In this document: positions 1 through 6,719 of the stretch, piece after piece | Layout: the number at the start of each line of letters is the position of its first letter | Numbering within the stretch: the first letter of the stretch is position 1 | Virus record (IMG/VR): IMGVR_UViG_3300036766_000644 | Span: 176,685 to 188,569 of that record | DNA: 11,885 nucleotides | Source of the DNA: a virus | Strand: one strand, 5' to 3' | The notes under the pieces: model-generated | Databases searched by the model: none | What the model was told of the DNA's origin: nothing | What the model saw: the letters and a program-made list of their open reading frames with translations, nothing else | Position numbers and translations under genes: made by a program

Positions 1-747
1 ATACAGATCCGCCGCGGCGATGGTCGCAGCGGCTTGACCTACGAACGGGGTTCCGTTCAGGTTGCGAAGGTAGAGACGATTGTTCGCAAAGTCGGCGTTT
101 TGGACGAAGTAGAACCCAGCGTCAGCGCCGGTCGCGATACGCACGACACCAAAACGCGTTGGGGTGATGTAAGACTGGTCCCACCAACCGGCGTTGGCGA
201 AGGTAACGAAGTTCGTCCCCACCGCGGTTGTGAGCGTCGCGGCGGCGATGGTCATCGGGTGCGCGTAGACGATGCCGATCTGCGTGTAGTCGGCAGGGAG
301 GTCTGAGGCAGAGACGATTGAGTCGGATCCCCAGGCGCCCGCCGCCAGGTTGTCGTACGCGGCGATTCCTGCGTGAACTCGCGCGAGTAGGCCGGACCCA
401 ATGGTTCCGATGCTTCCTGTTGCACGGAACTTGGAATAGTCGAGCGTCGACAGCTGCGCCTGCCCCGCGACGCCGTTCGCAGGGTAGACGGCCAGGTTGG
501 CGTTGTACCACAGCGCGTGACCGACGGTGATGTCGTTGTCGTCGAGCAGGTTCCCCTGTTTCCACGGGTACAGGTTGATCCCGTAGTTGGAGCCGTTGTT
601 GTTGTTGTCCCAGAAGTAAAGGGTTCTGGCGAGAGTGCGGCTGCGGAAGGCGATGTTGCCCGCCTGCAGATCTTCTTTGTTGGAGGACTTCGGGTTCTCC
701 TTGTCAGGGAGAATCGTCATGAGCCCCGTGATTTCTTTGACTGACAT
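1..747 (-). CDS. Putative structural (tail/fiber-like) protein, C-terminus beyond the window edge. Starts MSVKEITGLMTILPDKENPKSS...; not in the ORF track because no stop lies inside the window.
   Basis: Reverse frame ending at 745-747 (ATG) is open for 249 codons to position 1; checked for tta/cta/tca in plus triplets and found none. GAGGA RBS 8 nt upstream of the ATG. Asn/Gly/Thr-rich beta-type composition. Sits directly downstream of the fiber-like genes. Confidence 0.45.
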   Translation of the reverse strand, partial: MSVKEITGLMTILPDKENPKSSNKEDLQAGNIAFRSRTLARTLYFWDNNNNGSNYGINLYPWKQGNLLDDNDITVGHALWYNANLAVYPANGVAGQAQLSTLDYSKFRATGSIGTIGSGLLARVHAGIAAYDNLAAGAWGSDSIVSASDLPADYTQIGIVYAHPMTIAAATLTTAVGTNFVTFANAGWWDQSYITPTRFGVVRIATGADAGFYFVQNADFANNRLYLRNLNGTPFVGQAAATIAAADLY

Positions 748-760
748 GTGTGTAATCCTC

Positions 761-1339
761 TTAGTAAATCGGGCTCATGCTGATCTTGTAGACGACTTCC
801 AGCGTCTGCGTTGTCGTCTGTGTTTTTGGCGGAGTTAGCAGGGCGTATGCGAGGACCCCGCGCGCCATGTTGTACGGGAGAGACTCATTGACGCGCAGAA
901 CGAAAATTGTTCCGAGCGTACGGTTGTTGGCCGGAGTCCCGAAGGTCGTCGACACCGTCTTGGTGTGTGTCACTGAGTTGTTGGACGGCGTCAAGTTCCC
1001 TGACGAGAAAATCTGCGTGCTGTCGCCAATCAACGCAGATCGGCGAGGATCGGGCGCCTCTGTAGAGGCGCAGAAGCCGACCTGGATGTAGTAGAAGCGC
1101 ATGTCCATCCATGCGAAGCGCCCGAAGTCCGTGATGAGATTGTTGTCTGCGTGCGTCCAAGCGACTTCTCCAGATTCGGCATCACGCGCGGTGATCTCAA
1201 AGGAGCCTTTAAGCTCGAGGTCCCCCGCCAAGACCAGCTTTGGGTTCATCCGCTTCGGAGGAACTCGTCCCGCGCGAAGATGAGTGAGCATCGCCTCAGC
1301 TTCATCCGGACTGAACGTGCTCACTTTGTAGTCGCTCAT
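761..1339 (-). CDS. Hypothetical protein, possibly tail-associated. ATG at 1339-1337 overlaps the TGA of the upstream fiber-like gene (ATGA). The ORF track extends it to a GTG at 1369.
   Basis: Open frame with protein-like composition. GAGGA 4 nt upstream of the ATG. ATGA overlap with the upstream stop suggests translational coupling. TAA stop at 761-763. Confidence 0.5.
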   Translation of the reverse strand: MSDYKVSTFSPDEAEAMLTHLRAGRVPPKRMNPKLVLAGDLELKGSFEITARDAESGEVAWTHADNNLITDFGRFAWMDMRFYYIQVGFCASTEAPDPRRSALIGDSTQIFSSGNLTPSNNSVTHTKTVSTTFGTPANNRTLGTIFVLRVNESLPYNMARGVLAYALLTPPKTQTTTQTLEVVYKISMSPIY

Positions 1340-3114
1340 ATGATCCTCGTCGTTCCTGCCTGTGTCCACGTACCTACTCCATCGGCATTACCTGTTCCAC
1401 CAGGGCCGCCAGCGCCATCCCCGAGGAGGTTTGTATCAGGGTCCTGCGTGGAAAACTTCACCGGGGAACGGTTAACGTAGGTGATGTCGCTGTCTTGCGG
1501 GTCCCTCTGGGCACCACCCTCTCCTAAGAGACCGGAATCAGCCACATCACCATCACGTCCAAAATCCCACCGGGCGTCTCCAACCAGAAATCCTTCGTTG
1601 AAGCGGTCGTAGATGACCAGGGACATCACATCGGTGAGCAAGCCTCCCGGGAGGAGAGCCCTCACGAAATAGCCACGTCCATAGACGCGCGTCGCGATAG
1701 GTATGAAATACGTACCTCTGTCCGAATCGTAAATCGGAGTGGTGAGTTGAGCTGTAGCTCCGCCCTCGATCCGATATGCAACGTACCCCGCCATCTGTGT
1801 GTTTTTGGGTCCGAAGACAATTCCGAATCCGTCGGGAGACGGTCTCGTGACGAACGCGATAGATGGTGTGTCAGGGGATCCACTGGTAAACGTGCCCTGA
1901 TCCCCGGCGCCTTCTCCTACAAAATTTGTATCAGGGTCCGTGAACCCGATCTTCACTGGCTGCCGGTTGACGTACGTGAAATCGTCGATCAGTGGATGTC
2001 GCTGCCCTGCGCCTTCGCCCAGGCGTCCGCCGTCGACGTTGTCGAGGACCTTGATGATGCCGCCGGTGTCCGCGGTAAACGGCATGTTGATGGTCGCAGG
2101 GTCGTCCGTGCTGTTGGCGGTCAACTTGTAGATGCGATTCCCGGCGAAGAAGAAGACGTACAGCGTGTCCGCAGCCGCATCGTAGAGAAGTTCAGGGCGC
2201 CCTGTGTTGGAGGAGTTCCCGCCACCAGGGGTGGTCAGCCGCGTCTCCGAACCGAACTGCCCGAAGGGGCTCTCCTTTACCACGTAAAGATCGCGGTCCC
2301 GCTCGACGCACCACCACCGTACGCCTGAGCCCATCTCGTAGGATGAGAGCGAGACGACGTTGTCCGTCGCAGTGAGTTTGGTCGTCGCAGAACGTAGGGC
2401 CGCCTGGTAGTAGGCAGCGATCAGATACGGCTGCTTCGCTCGAGCGACGTTGTGCACGGAGACTTCGTCGACGAGGCCGTCCCAGAACGCAGAGTCGGCG
2501 ACACGCTGCAACCGGCCCACGCTGAACACGGCAGACGCGTTCGCGGCGGGAGGCGGTACTGGAAGGGCCGACGGAGACCCGTTCACGGTGACGGAGGTAG
2601 CTGGTACCAGTGCGTTGTCGAGGTAGATCTCGACGTCTTGGTTCCCGCCGTTCGCCACGCGCCGAACGGCGACGGAGTAGAATTGGTTCGTCTTGATGGT
2701 TCCTACCGCCGTCGTCACCAACACTTCGCCCGCCGCGGCCGTGTGCCGGTATTCCAGAGCCCCGTTGTTCTTCACGGAAAGGGCGTACAACACGCCGTCA
2801 CCGGTCGTGGGCCCCGCGCATGAGACGAAGCAGCGAAGGAAAGAACCCGTCGTATTGACCGAGGTGAGTCTGAACCAGCCGATGAGGGCCAGGTCACCGG
2901 TGAGGCGGAGCGCTGAACTGGTGATCGCCGCGAACGACGAGGTACCGTTCATTCCTCGAGCGCCGCCAACGCGCCCCAAGGTCGCGGAGGACGCGTTGGT
3001 GACCGTCAGGTGTAAAGCATTCGCTGTTGCATCGCGCGCAGCGTCAGTTTCCAGAGCTTCATCGAAGCCCCAGTACCCGATGAGGTTGGCGTCGAGCGTC
3101 AGCCGAACAGCCAC
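1336..3114 (-). CDS. Putative tail fiber / receptor-binding protein. N-terminal concanavalin-A/LamG-like region, then an internal duplicated ~45-aa Gly/Asp-rich domain. Apparent GTG start.
   Basis: 592-codon ORF. G-rich RBS-like tract (GGCGGGGGTG) before the GTG at 3114-3112, 3 nt after the upstream TGA. Internal repeat GEGAGQRHPLIDDFTYVNRQPVKIGFTDPDTN versus GEGGAQRDPQDSDITYVNRSPVKFSTQDPDTN, visible at DNA level as the shared 15-mer tttgtatcagggtcc at 1429-1443 and 1925-1939. Confidence 0.6.
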   Translation of the reverse strand: MAVRLTLDANLIGYWGFDEALETDAARDATANALHLTVTNASSATLGRVGGARGMNGTSSFAAITSSALRLTGDLALIGWFRLTSVNTTGSFLRCFVSCAGPTTGDGVLYALSVKNNGALEYRHTAAAGEVLVTTAVGTIKTNQFYSVAVRRVANGGNQDVEIYLDNALVPATSVTVNGSPSALPVPPPAANASAVFSVGRLQRVADSAFWDGLVDEVSVHNVARAKQPYLIAAYYQAALRSATTKLTATDNVVSLSSYEMGSGVRWWCVERDRDLYVVKESPFGQFGSETRLTTPGGGNSSNTGRPELLYDAAADTLYVFFFAGNRIYKLTANSTDDPATINMPFTADTGGIIKVLDNVDGGRLGEGAGQRHPLIDDFTYVNRQPVKIGFTDPDTNFVGEGAGDQGTFTSGSPDTPSIAFVTRPSPDGFGIVFGPKNTQMAGYVAYRIEGGATAQLTTPIYDSDRGTYFIPIATRVYGRGYFVRALLPGGLLTDVMSLVIYDRFNEGFLVGDARWDFGRDGDVADSGLLGEGGAQRDPQDSDITYVNRSPVKFSTQDPDTNLLGDGAGGPGGTGNADGVGTWTQAGTTRII

Positions 3115-3117
3115 GGG

Positions 3118-3594
3118 TCACACCCCCGCCTGGACGTAGGTTCCGCCGCGCTCTTTGAAGTTGGGCTCTGTGGTCTGGTTGAGGTGATCTTGGTGCACTA
3201 CTGACGCGTACTTCTCGGCGAAGAAGAGACTGGCACGGTAACGCTTGGACCAGGCGTCACCGCTGGCCATGATCGTAACATCTGCCCGCCTCACATCGTC
3301 GAACCAGAAGGCCTGCGCCTGAAACAGGCCGCCCCCTGCGGTATCAAAGGGGAACCAGAGCTCGGGGTCTCGCGTGGAGAGCTCGAGCGTGTCGGCGTCG
3401 GCTCCAAGCTCTACGCCCACCGAGGCCACAGCCCCGTTGGTCTTCTTCTGGAGACGGAGGAACACTCCAGCGCCGTTCGTCAAGATGACGTCGTGCGCAC
3501 TGAGTTCTCGGGCTAGTGTCAGCCCGACCGAATCCATCAGAAACGACTTGAGCGCGCTGTAGAAAAGCAGAACGCTGTCGAAGGTTTCGTTCAT
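3118..3594 (-). CDS. Hypothetical protein (MNETFDSVLLFYSALK...). The track ORF starts at TTG 3633; ATG at 3594-3592 with a GGAG RBS is preferred.
   Basis: GGAG, 5-nt spacer, then ATG at 3594. TGA stop at 3118-3120 lies 3 nt before the fiber-gene GTG. Composition is protein-like. Confidence 0.5.
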   Translation of the reverse strand: MNETFDSVLLFYSALKSFLMDSVGLTLARELSAHDVILTNGAGVFLRLQKKTNGAVASVGVELGADADTLELSTRDPELWFPFDTAGGGLFQAQAFWFDDVRRADVTIMASGDAWSKRYRASLFFAEKYASVVHQDHLNQTTEPNFKERGGTYVQAGV

Positions 3595-3664
3595 TGCGTC
3601 TCCACGGTGGACCGCCAGAGTATAGGCGAACAACCCCTAGAGGCGCGGCATGAAATGAGGGGCT

Positions 3665-3720
3665 GGGTTCTCGAGACTCCGTAGCACGTCAGTGCCCAAC
3701 CATCAACGCCTCGAGAACCC
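3665..3720. repeat. 11-bp inverted repeat GGGTTCTCGAG ... CTCGAGAACCC with a 34-nt spacer containing a nested 4-bp hairpin (gcac gtca gtgc). Lies in the 164-nt intergenic region between two minus-strand genes.
   Basis: Read directly from the sequence. The arms are at 3665-3675 and 3710-3720. Confidence 0.6.
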
Positions 3721-3758
3721 GCGGAGGTGCCCTCTACCTTGGCCCGCGCTCAGCTTTT

Positions 3759-4010
3759 CTACTCCACTGGACTGAAGTCGACCCAGTACGTCTTGCCGAT
3801 GACGAACTGGTTGTACGCATCCGGGTTGGTGATCGTCAGTCGCAGCTCTCCGCTCGGGGTCCACTTCGACCACTCACGGTTCGCTTTGTCGTCTTCTCCG
3901 CCGTACACCGGCATCAGTGTTACTTCCACTGCTTCCAGCATCCCGGTGCTTGTGCAGACGCTGATGTTCTCTGCTCTCCGCGTGACGCGGCACTTCGCTC
4001 TTACGGGCAT
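3759..4010 (-). CDS. Hypothetical small protein (83 aa, MPVRAKCRVTRRAENISVCTSTGMLEAVEV...).
   Basis: ATG at 4010-4008 and TAG at 3759-3761. Composition is protein-like, whereas the overlapping plus ORF 3727-4290 is Ser/Arg-rich junk. Lies between the hydrolase gene and the intergenic inverted repeat. Weak RBS. Confidence 0.35.
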   Translation of the reverse strand: MPVRAKCRVTRRAENISVCTSTGMLEAVEVTLMPVYGGEDDKANREWSKWTPSGELRLTITNPDAYNQFVIGKTYWVDFSPVE

Positions 4011-4057
4011 TGTGCTACCTGATGTGAGGGCCGCTTACCGCTCGTCCCTTGTCCACC

Positions 4058-4618
4058 TCAGTCGTGAGTGTAGAACAGGAGGTTCTGGATTGCACCGAAA
4101 CCCTTGCTCAGGTCCTGGTCGAAGAAGTTGTTCGCACCAGCCTGGGCGATGTGGCAGAAGTCCGTGCCAGGCAGCACGACCGCGACGTGCCCGATCCCGC
4201 CGGGGTTCTTCCAGACGACCACGGAGGGGAGTCCTTTGGAGGCGCGCTCCATTGCCTTGCTCTTCCCACACTGCATCCAGCCGAACTTAGAAGAGTGCGT
4301 GGCGAACCAGTCGCAGACGCCGTTGGCAGACAACTCCTTGCCCTTCCCACGAGGAACTTCAACGCCGGTCGCCGGGTCAACCCAGTGGGGAACCTCGCAG
4401 CTCATGGCGACGGTGACGTCCCAGAGGTAAATGTTGCAGTAGGTCTCCTGCCCGTTGGCGGGATTCCCGTCATGGCCCCGAACGTATCGAGGATTCGTCT
4501 CCACCTCGAACTGTTTGGCCGCGGCTACGTAGTTCGCTGGGGATCGGTCGCTCAACGGGATCGTCAGGTCGGGTGTCACTTCTTCCCATGCGGCGGGGTT
4601 CTTCATGGAGGGGTTCAT
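4058..4618 (-). CDS. Putative peptidoglycan hydrolase of the papain-like Cys-His type (NlpC/P60 or CHAP-like amidase/peptidase). Candidate endolysin or virion-associated lysin.
   Basis: 186-aa ORF with candidate catalytic Cys in ETYCNIYLWDVT and His in GIGHVAVVLPG about 85 residues downstream; this order and spacing are typical of CHAP/NlpC-P60 enzymes. ATG at 4618-4616 lies one nt after the stop of the upstream glycine-zipper gene. Confidence 0.45.
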   Translation of the reverse strand: MNPSMKNPAAWEEVTPDLTIPLSDRSPANYVAAAKQFEVETNPRYVRGHDGNPANGQETYCNIYLWDVTVAMSCEVPHWVDPATGVEVPRGKGKELSANGVCDWFATHSSKFGWMQCGKSKAMERASKGLPSVVVWKNPGGIGHVAVVLPGTDFCHIAQAGANNFFDQDLSKGFGAIQNLLFYTHD

Positions 4619-4619
4619 G

Positions 4620-5249
4620 TCACTTGCTCGCTGTGAGGGACGGAGGGGCGCCGGGGGCCTTCATGGGTTGCACCACCGGGGGAGGAACCTTCGGCATCGT
4701 GTACTTCATCGCGGCTCCCGTGGCGATGGGAACCGCTGCGAGGGCGATCCGCATGTACTTCGCTACCTCAGGGCTCAGGAAGTCGAACCCTGCTTCCTTC
4801 TCATCCCCGCGAGAAAGGAAGTGGTGGGCCAGGCTCGCAGCAAGCGCCGTCGCTCCGATAGCTGCTGCTGCCCCGGGAGCGTACTTCCTGATCGCACCGG
4901 CGCGACCACTCTGCGTCAGCATCTTGTGGACCTTGTGGACGGCGGCTTGGCCGAGACCTGCGCCGGTAGCCCCACCGGCTAGTCCGCCGCCAGCTCCGCC
5001 CAGGATGAACCCCCCGATTCCTCCCGTCACTCCGAGGAGGCCAGGATGCCGGCCCCCCCACGCGGCACCCCCCAGTCCGCCAGCCCCCAGCCCAGCGATC
5101 CCTCCGGCCAGCCCGCCAGCCGCTCTCGCAGCGATGGGCGTCTGCGTCGGCTGAAGGTGTTCCCACAGCTTCGCCGCTCTGTCGGCGTAGTCGGCCTCTT
5201 TGATGAATGTCTCGCGAGCCTCTCGGGCTCCGGCAGCGTAGAAGTCCAT
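4620..5249 (-). CDS. Glycine-zipper-rich putative membrane protein (GGLAGGIAGLGAGGLGGAAWGG...GGIGGFILGGAGGGLAGGATGAGLG). Holin-like candidate or virion membrane-active protein.
   Basis: 209-aa ORF. The overlapping 217-aa ORF in another frame (4801-5454) is Arg-rich junk. Lies directly 5' of the hydrolase gene with a 1-nt gap. GxxxG repeats are typical of membrane helices. Confidence 0.5.
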   Translation of the reverse strand: MDFYAAGAREARETFIKEADYADRAAKLWEHLQPTQTPIAARAAGGLAGGIAGLGAGGLGGAAWGGRHPGLLGVTGGIGGFILGGAGGGLAGGATGAGLGQAAVHKVHKMLTQSGRAGAIRKYAPGAAAAIGATALAASLAHHFLSRGDEKEAGFDFLSPEVAKYMRIALAAVPIATGAAMKYTMPKVPPPVVQPMKAPGAPPSLTASK

Positions 5250-5264
5250 GGCGGCAGTATAGGC

Positions 5265-5471
5265 TTACTTTCCGCCCTTCAACATCTCCGCCGGAACCGC
5301 GAGCATGTTGTAGATGGCGTCCTTCTGGTGCTGGAAGTACTCGTCTAGCTCGAAGTCTGGAACGTAGGACGCAGATCCGAAGAGACAAGCACCGTCGGGC
5401 ATGTGGTGCTCCCGGATAGCCCAGCAACTTCGGCAGGGGATGTTGAGGACCCATTTCGCAGTGAGCTTCAA
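5265..5471 (-). CDS. Cys-motif small protein, paralog 1 (CRSC-x6-HHMPDGAC-LF). TTG start overlapping the stop of paralog 2 (TTGA).
   Basis: GGAGGA RBS 7 nt upstream of the TTG at 5471-5469. Shares the CxxC...H.D..C.F motif with four neighbouring genes. TAA stop at 5265-5267. Confidence 0.5.
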   Translation of the reverse strand: MKLTAKWVLNIPCRSCWAIREHHMPDGACLFGSASYVPDFELDEYFQHQKDAIYNMLAVPAEMLKGGK

Positions 5472-5671
5472 AAGAGGATCCTCCGGAGCAGTGAGTCGCT
5501 GTAGGGCTCCAACACCGCTGGCTTGTAGAACTGGAACAACGCCGAGTTGACCCGCTCCACTGTGAGCCCTGTTATCGCCGCGAAGTTGCTCGCCTCAAAA
5601 GGGCACTTCTCATCGACGTGGTGCTGGTACTGCTTTCGGCAGTTGGAGCAGCGGGTGGTTGGGGTGGTCAC
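5468..5671 (-). CDS. Cys-motif small protein, paralog 2 (CSNCRKQYQHHVDEKCPFEASNF). GTG start at 5671-5669 overlapping the stop of paralog 3 (GTGA). The track extends it to 5848, inside paralog 3.
   Basis: AGAAGGTG RBS 5 nt upstream of the GTG. The GTGA stop/start overlap was read directly. The N-terminal extension in the track would overlap the paralog 3 coding sequence by 180 nt. Confidence 0.5.
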   Translation of the reverse strand: MTTPTTRCSNCRKQYQHHVDEKCPFEASNFAAITGLTVERVNSALFQFYKPAVLEPYSDSLLRRILF

Positions 5672-5904
5672 TTGTACACCTTCTTGAATCCCCATACGCC
5701 GCCGAAGGTAGCCGTGATGGCGCCGCTCGCCGGGGGCAGGGGCGCTGGGACGAAAGGTATCCGCTCCAGGCTGGCTTCGAAGTTGGACGCTTCGAAAGGG
5801 CACTTCTGGTCGATGTGCACGGTGCCCGGCTTCCCGCAGTTGAGGCACTCCGACGTAGGGTCAGGGACGAATGACTCTTCGAGAGTCGATCCGGTGTCGT
5901 TCAT
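5668..5904 (-). CDS. Cys-motif small protein, paralog 3 (MNDTGSTLEESFVPDPTSECLNCGKPGTVHIDQKCPFEASNFEAS...). ATG overlaps the stop of paralog 4 (ATGA).
   Basis: Strong RBS AAGGAG with a 5-nt spacer before the ATG at 5904-5902. About 30 nt of near-identical DNA shared with paralog 2 (aagttg.ncgc.tc.aaagggcacttct..tcga.gtg). Confidence 0.55.
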   Translation of the reverse strand: MNDTGSTLEESFVPDPTSECLNCGKPGTVHIDQKCPFEASNFEASLERIPFVPAPLPPASGAITATFGGVWGFKKVYK

Positions 5905-6092
5905 TTCTTCTCCTTGTCTTTGGGCTCTTCTACGTAGCACTTGATCGTCTGCTTCAGCACGCTGATGCCCCCGGGCTTGAACTCCGAGGAGTCGAAGAGG
6001 CACTTCTTGTCGAGGTGCTGCGTGTAGTCCTTACCGCAGTTGGCGCAGGTCCGGCGCATCACCGGCATCCTGAGCTTGTACTCTTTGCTCAC
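5901..6092 (-). CDS. Cys-motif small protein, paralog 4 (CANCGKDYTQHLDKKCLFDSSEF). GTG at 6092-6090 overlaps the upstream stop (GTGA); the alternative ATG at 6068 gives MPVMRRTCANC.
   Basis: Motif conserved. Start codon ambiguous, with no clear SD for either candidate. Confidence 0.45.
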   Translation of the reverse strand: MSKEYKLRMPVMRRTCANCGKDYTQHLDKKCLFDSSEFKPGGISVLKQTIKCYVEEPKDKEKK

Positions 6093-6367
6093 GGGTCCGT
6101 GACGCCCATGATCCGACCATCCCCCTGCCAGTCTTTGTACTCGAGCGTGTACTCCACCGGGCCATTCTGCTTGTAGCCTTGTGCCCTGCTGCTGGGTTCG
6201 TCGCTGCTGTAGATCGGGTCCAGTTGTCGGTTGAGGCTCCAGTTCAGGTTCTTGCCGAACCCGTCGGGATTCTTTGCGTCCATGAGCACCTGCTCTGTGT
6301 GGTGCCCCGTCTCCAAGTCTTCTACGGTGAGGGTGATCTGAAGCCGTACTACTTTCTGCGTCGTCAT
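6089..6367 (-). CDS. Hypothetical protein (92 aa, MTTQKVVRLQITLTVEDLETGHH...) inserted between paralogs 5 and 4. It lacks the Cys motif.
   Basis: ATG at 6367-6365 preceded by AGGGG. Its TGA stop overlaps the start of paralog 4. Confidence 0.45.
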   Translation of the reverse strand: MTTQKVVRLQITLTVEDLETGHHTEQVLMDAKNPDGFGKNLNWSLNRQLDPIYSSDEPSSRAQGYKQNGPVEYTLEYKDWQGDGRIMGVTDP

Positions 6368-6375
6368 TTTAACCC

Positions 6376-6645
6376 CTATACGGTGAAGGTGAGCCCCATG
6401 TACTGAATCGTCTTCTTAACGCGGATCTTCATGTCCACGTGAACCTTGTCCCCGTCGGTGACGGTGTTGTCTTCTTCGATGACTCTCTCGCAGCTGCAGT
6501 CCAGGTGGTCGTTGACCGTCTCTTCGCGGTACTGCGTAAAGTCGAAGAGGCAGGCCCCATCGACATGGGCTTCCTTCGGCTTCCGGCAGTTGCCGCAGCG
6601 CCCCTTCTCGACCGTGTGAACCAGGTCCTTCTGGATGGAATGCAT
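6376..6645 (-). CDS. Cys-motif small protein, paralog 5 (CGNCRKPKEAHVDGACLFDFTQY) with an extra C-terminal extension containing DCSC. Probably the first gene of the leftward operon, and possibly leaderless.
   Basis: ATG at 6645-6643. The track start at 6687 is a TTG with no RBS. A TAnnnT element (TACTCT) lies 6 nt upstream of the ATG. Confidence 0.45.
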   Translation of the reverse strand: MHSIQKDLVHTVEKGRCGNCRKPKEAHVDGACLFDFTQYREETVNDHLDCSCERVIEEDNTVTDGDKVHVDMKIRVKKTIQYMGLTFTV

Positions 6646-6719
6646 GGGCGCAGAGTACCCGCGTTCGGAGGGAAAAAGCAACGCCAAATTAGGGTATCAG
6701 TAGTTGAAGGGCCCACACC
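6646..6719. promoter_or_regulatory. Divergent control region. Candidate leftward sigma-70-like promoter (TTGCTT, 18-nt spacer, TACTCT, 6 nt to ATG 6645) overlapping rightward promoter-motif copy 1 (aaattagggtatcagtagttgaagg, 6686-6710, 10 nt before ATG 6720).
   Basis: Hexamers read from the reverse complement of 6652-6681. Motif copy 1 is the most degenerate of the seven copies. Confidence 0.35.

Noticed and set aside
122-565. 147-aa minus ORF (METGEPARRQRHHRRSR...)
   Set aside because: Extremely Arg-rich, typical of an off-frame read of GC-rich coding DNA. The same region is fully covered by a better open frame on the same strand (the 1-747 CDS).
3660-3735. Possible tRNA in the intergenic inverted-repeat region (GGTTC present)
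   Set aside because: No cloverleaf can be drawn. There is no GTTCRANYC T-loop with a 5-bp stem, no D-arm, and the 11-bp stem with a 34-nt loop is not tRNA geometry.
3727-4290. 187-aa plus ORF
   Set aside because: Ser/Arg/Pro-rich. It is antisense to two well-formed minus-strand genes and has no promoter motif or RBS.
3619-5264. Shared 9-mer AGTATAGGC at 3619-3627 and 5256-5264 as a significant repeat on its own
   Set aside because: A 9-mer pair is expected many times by chance in 12 kb. It is retained only as a candidate -10 element because both copies sit in the few intergenic gaps directly upstream of start codons.
4801-5454. 217-aa minus ORF overlapping the glycine-zipper gene
   Set aside because: Arg/Ser/Gly-rich junk composition. 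The alternative frame encodes a coherent glycine-zipper membrane protein and is coupled to the hydrolase gene.
5265-6687. Calling the Cys-motif paralogs HNH endonucleases
   Set aside because: Only the first CxxCGK...H half loosely resembles HNH. The order is HxD rather than DH, and the second zinc pair and the helix His/Asn arrangement are missing. The idea is kept only as a structural hypothesis to test.
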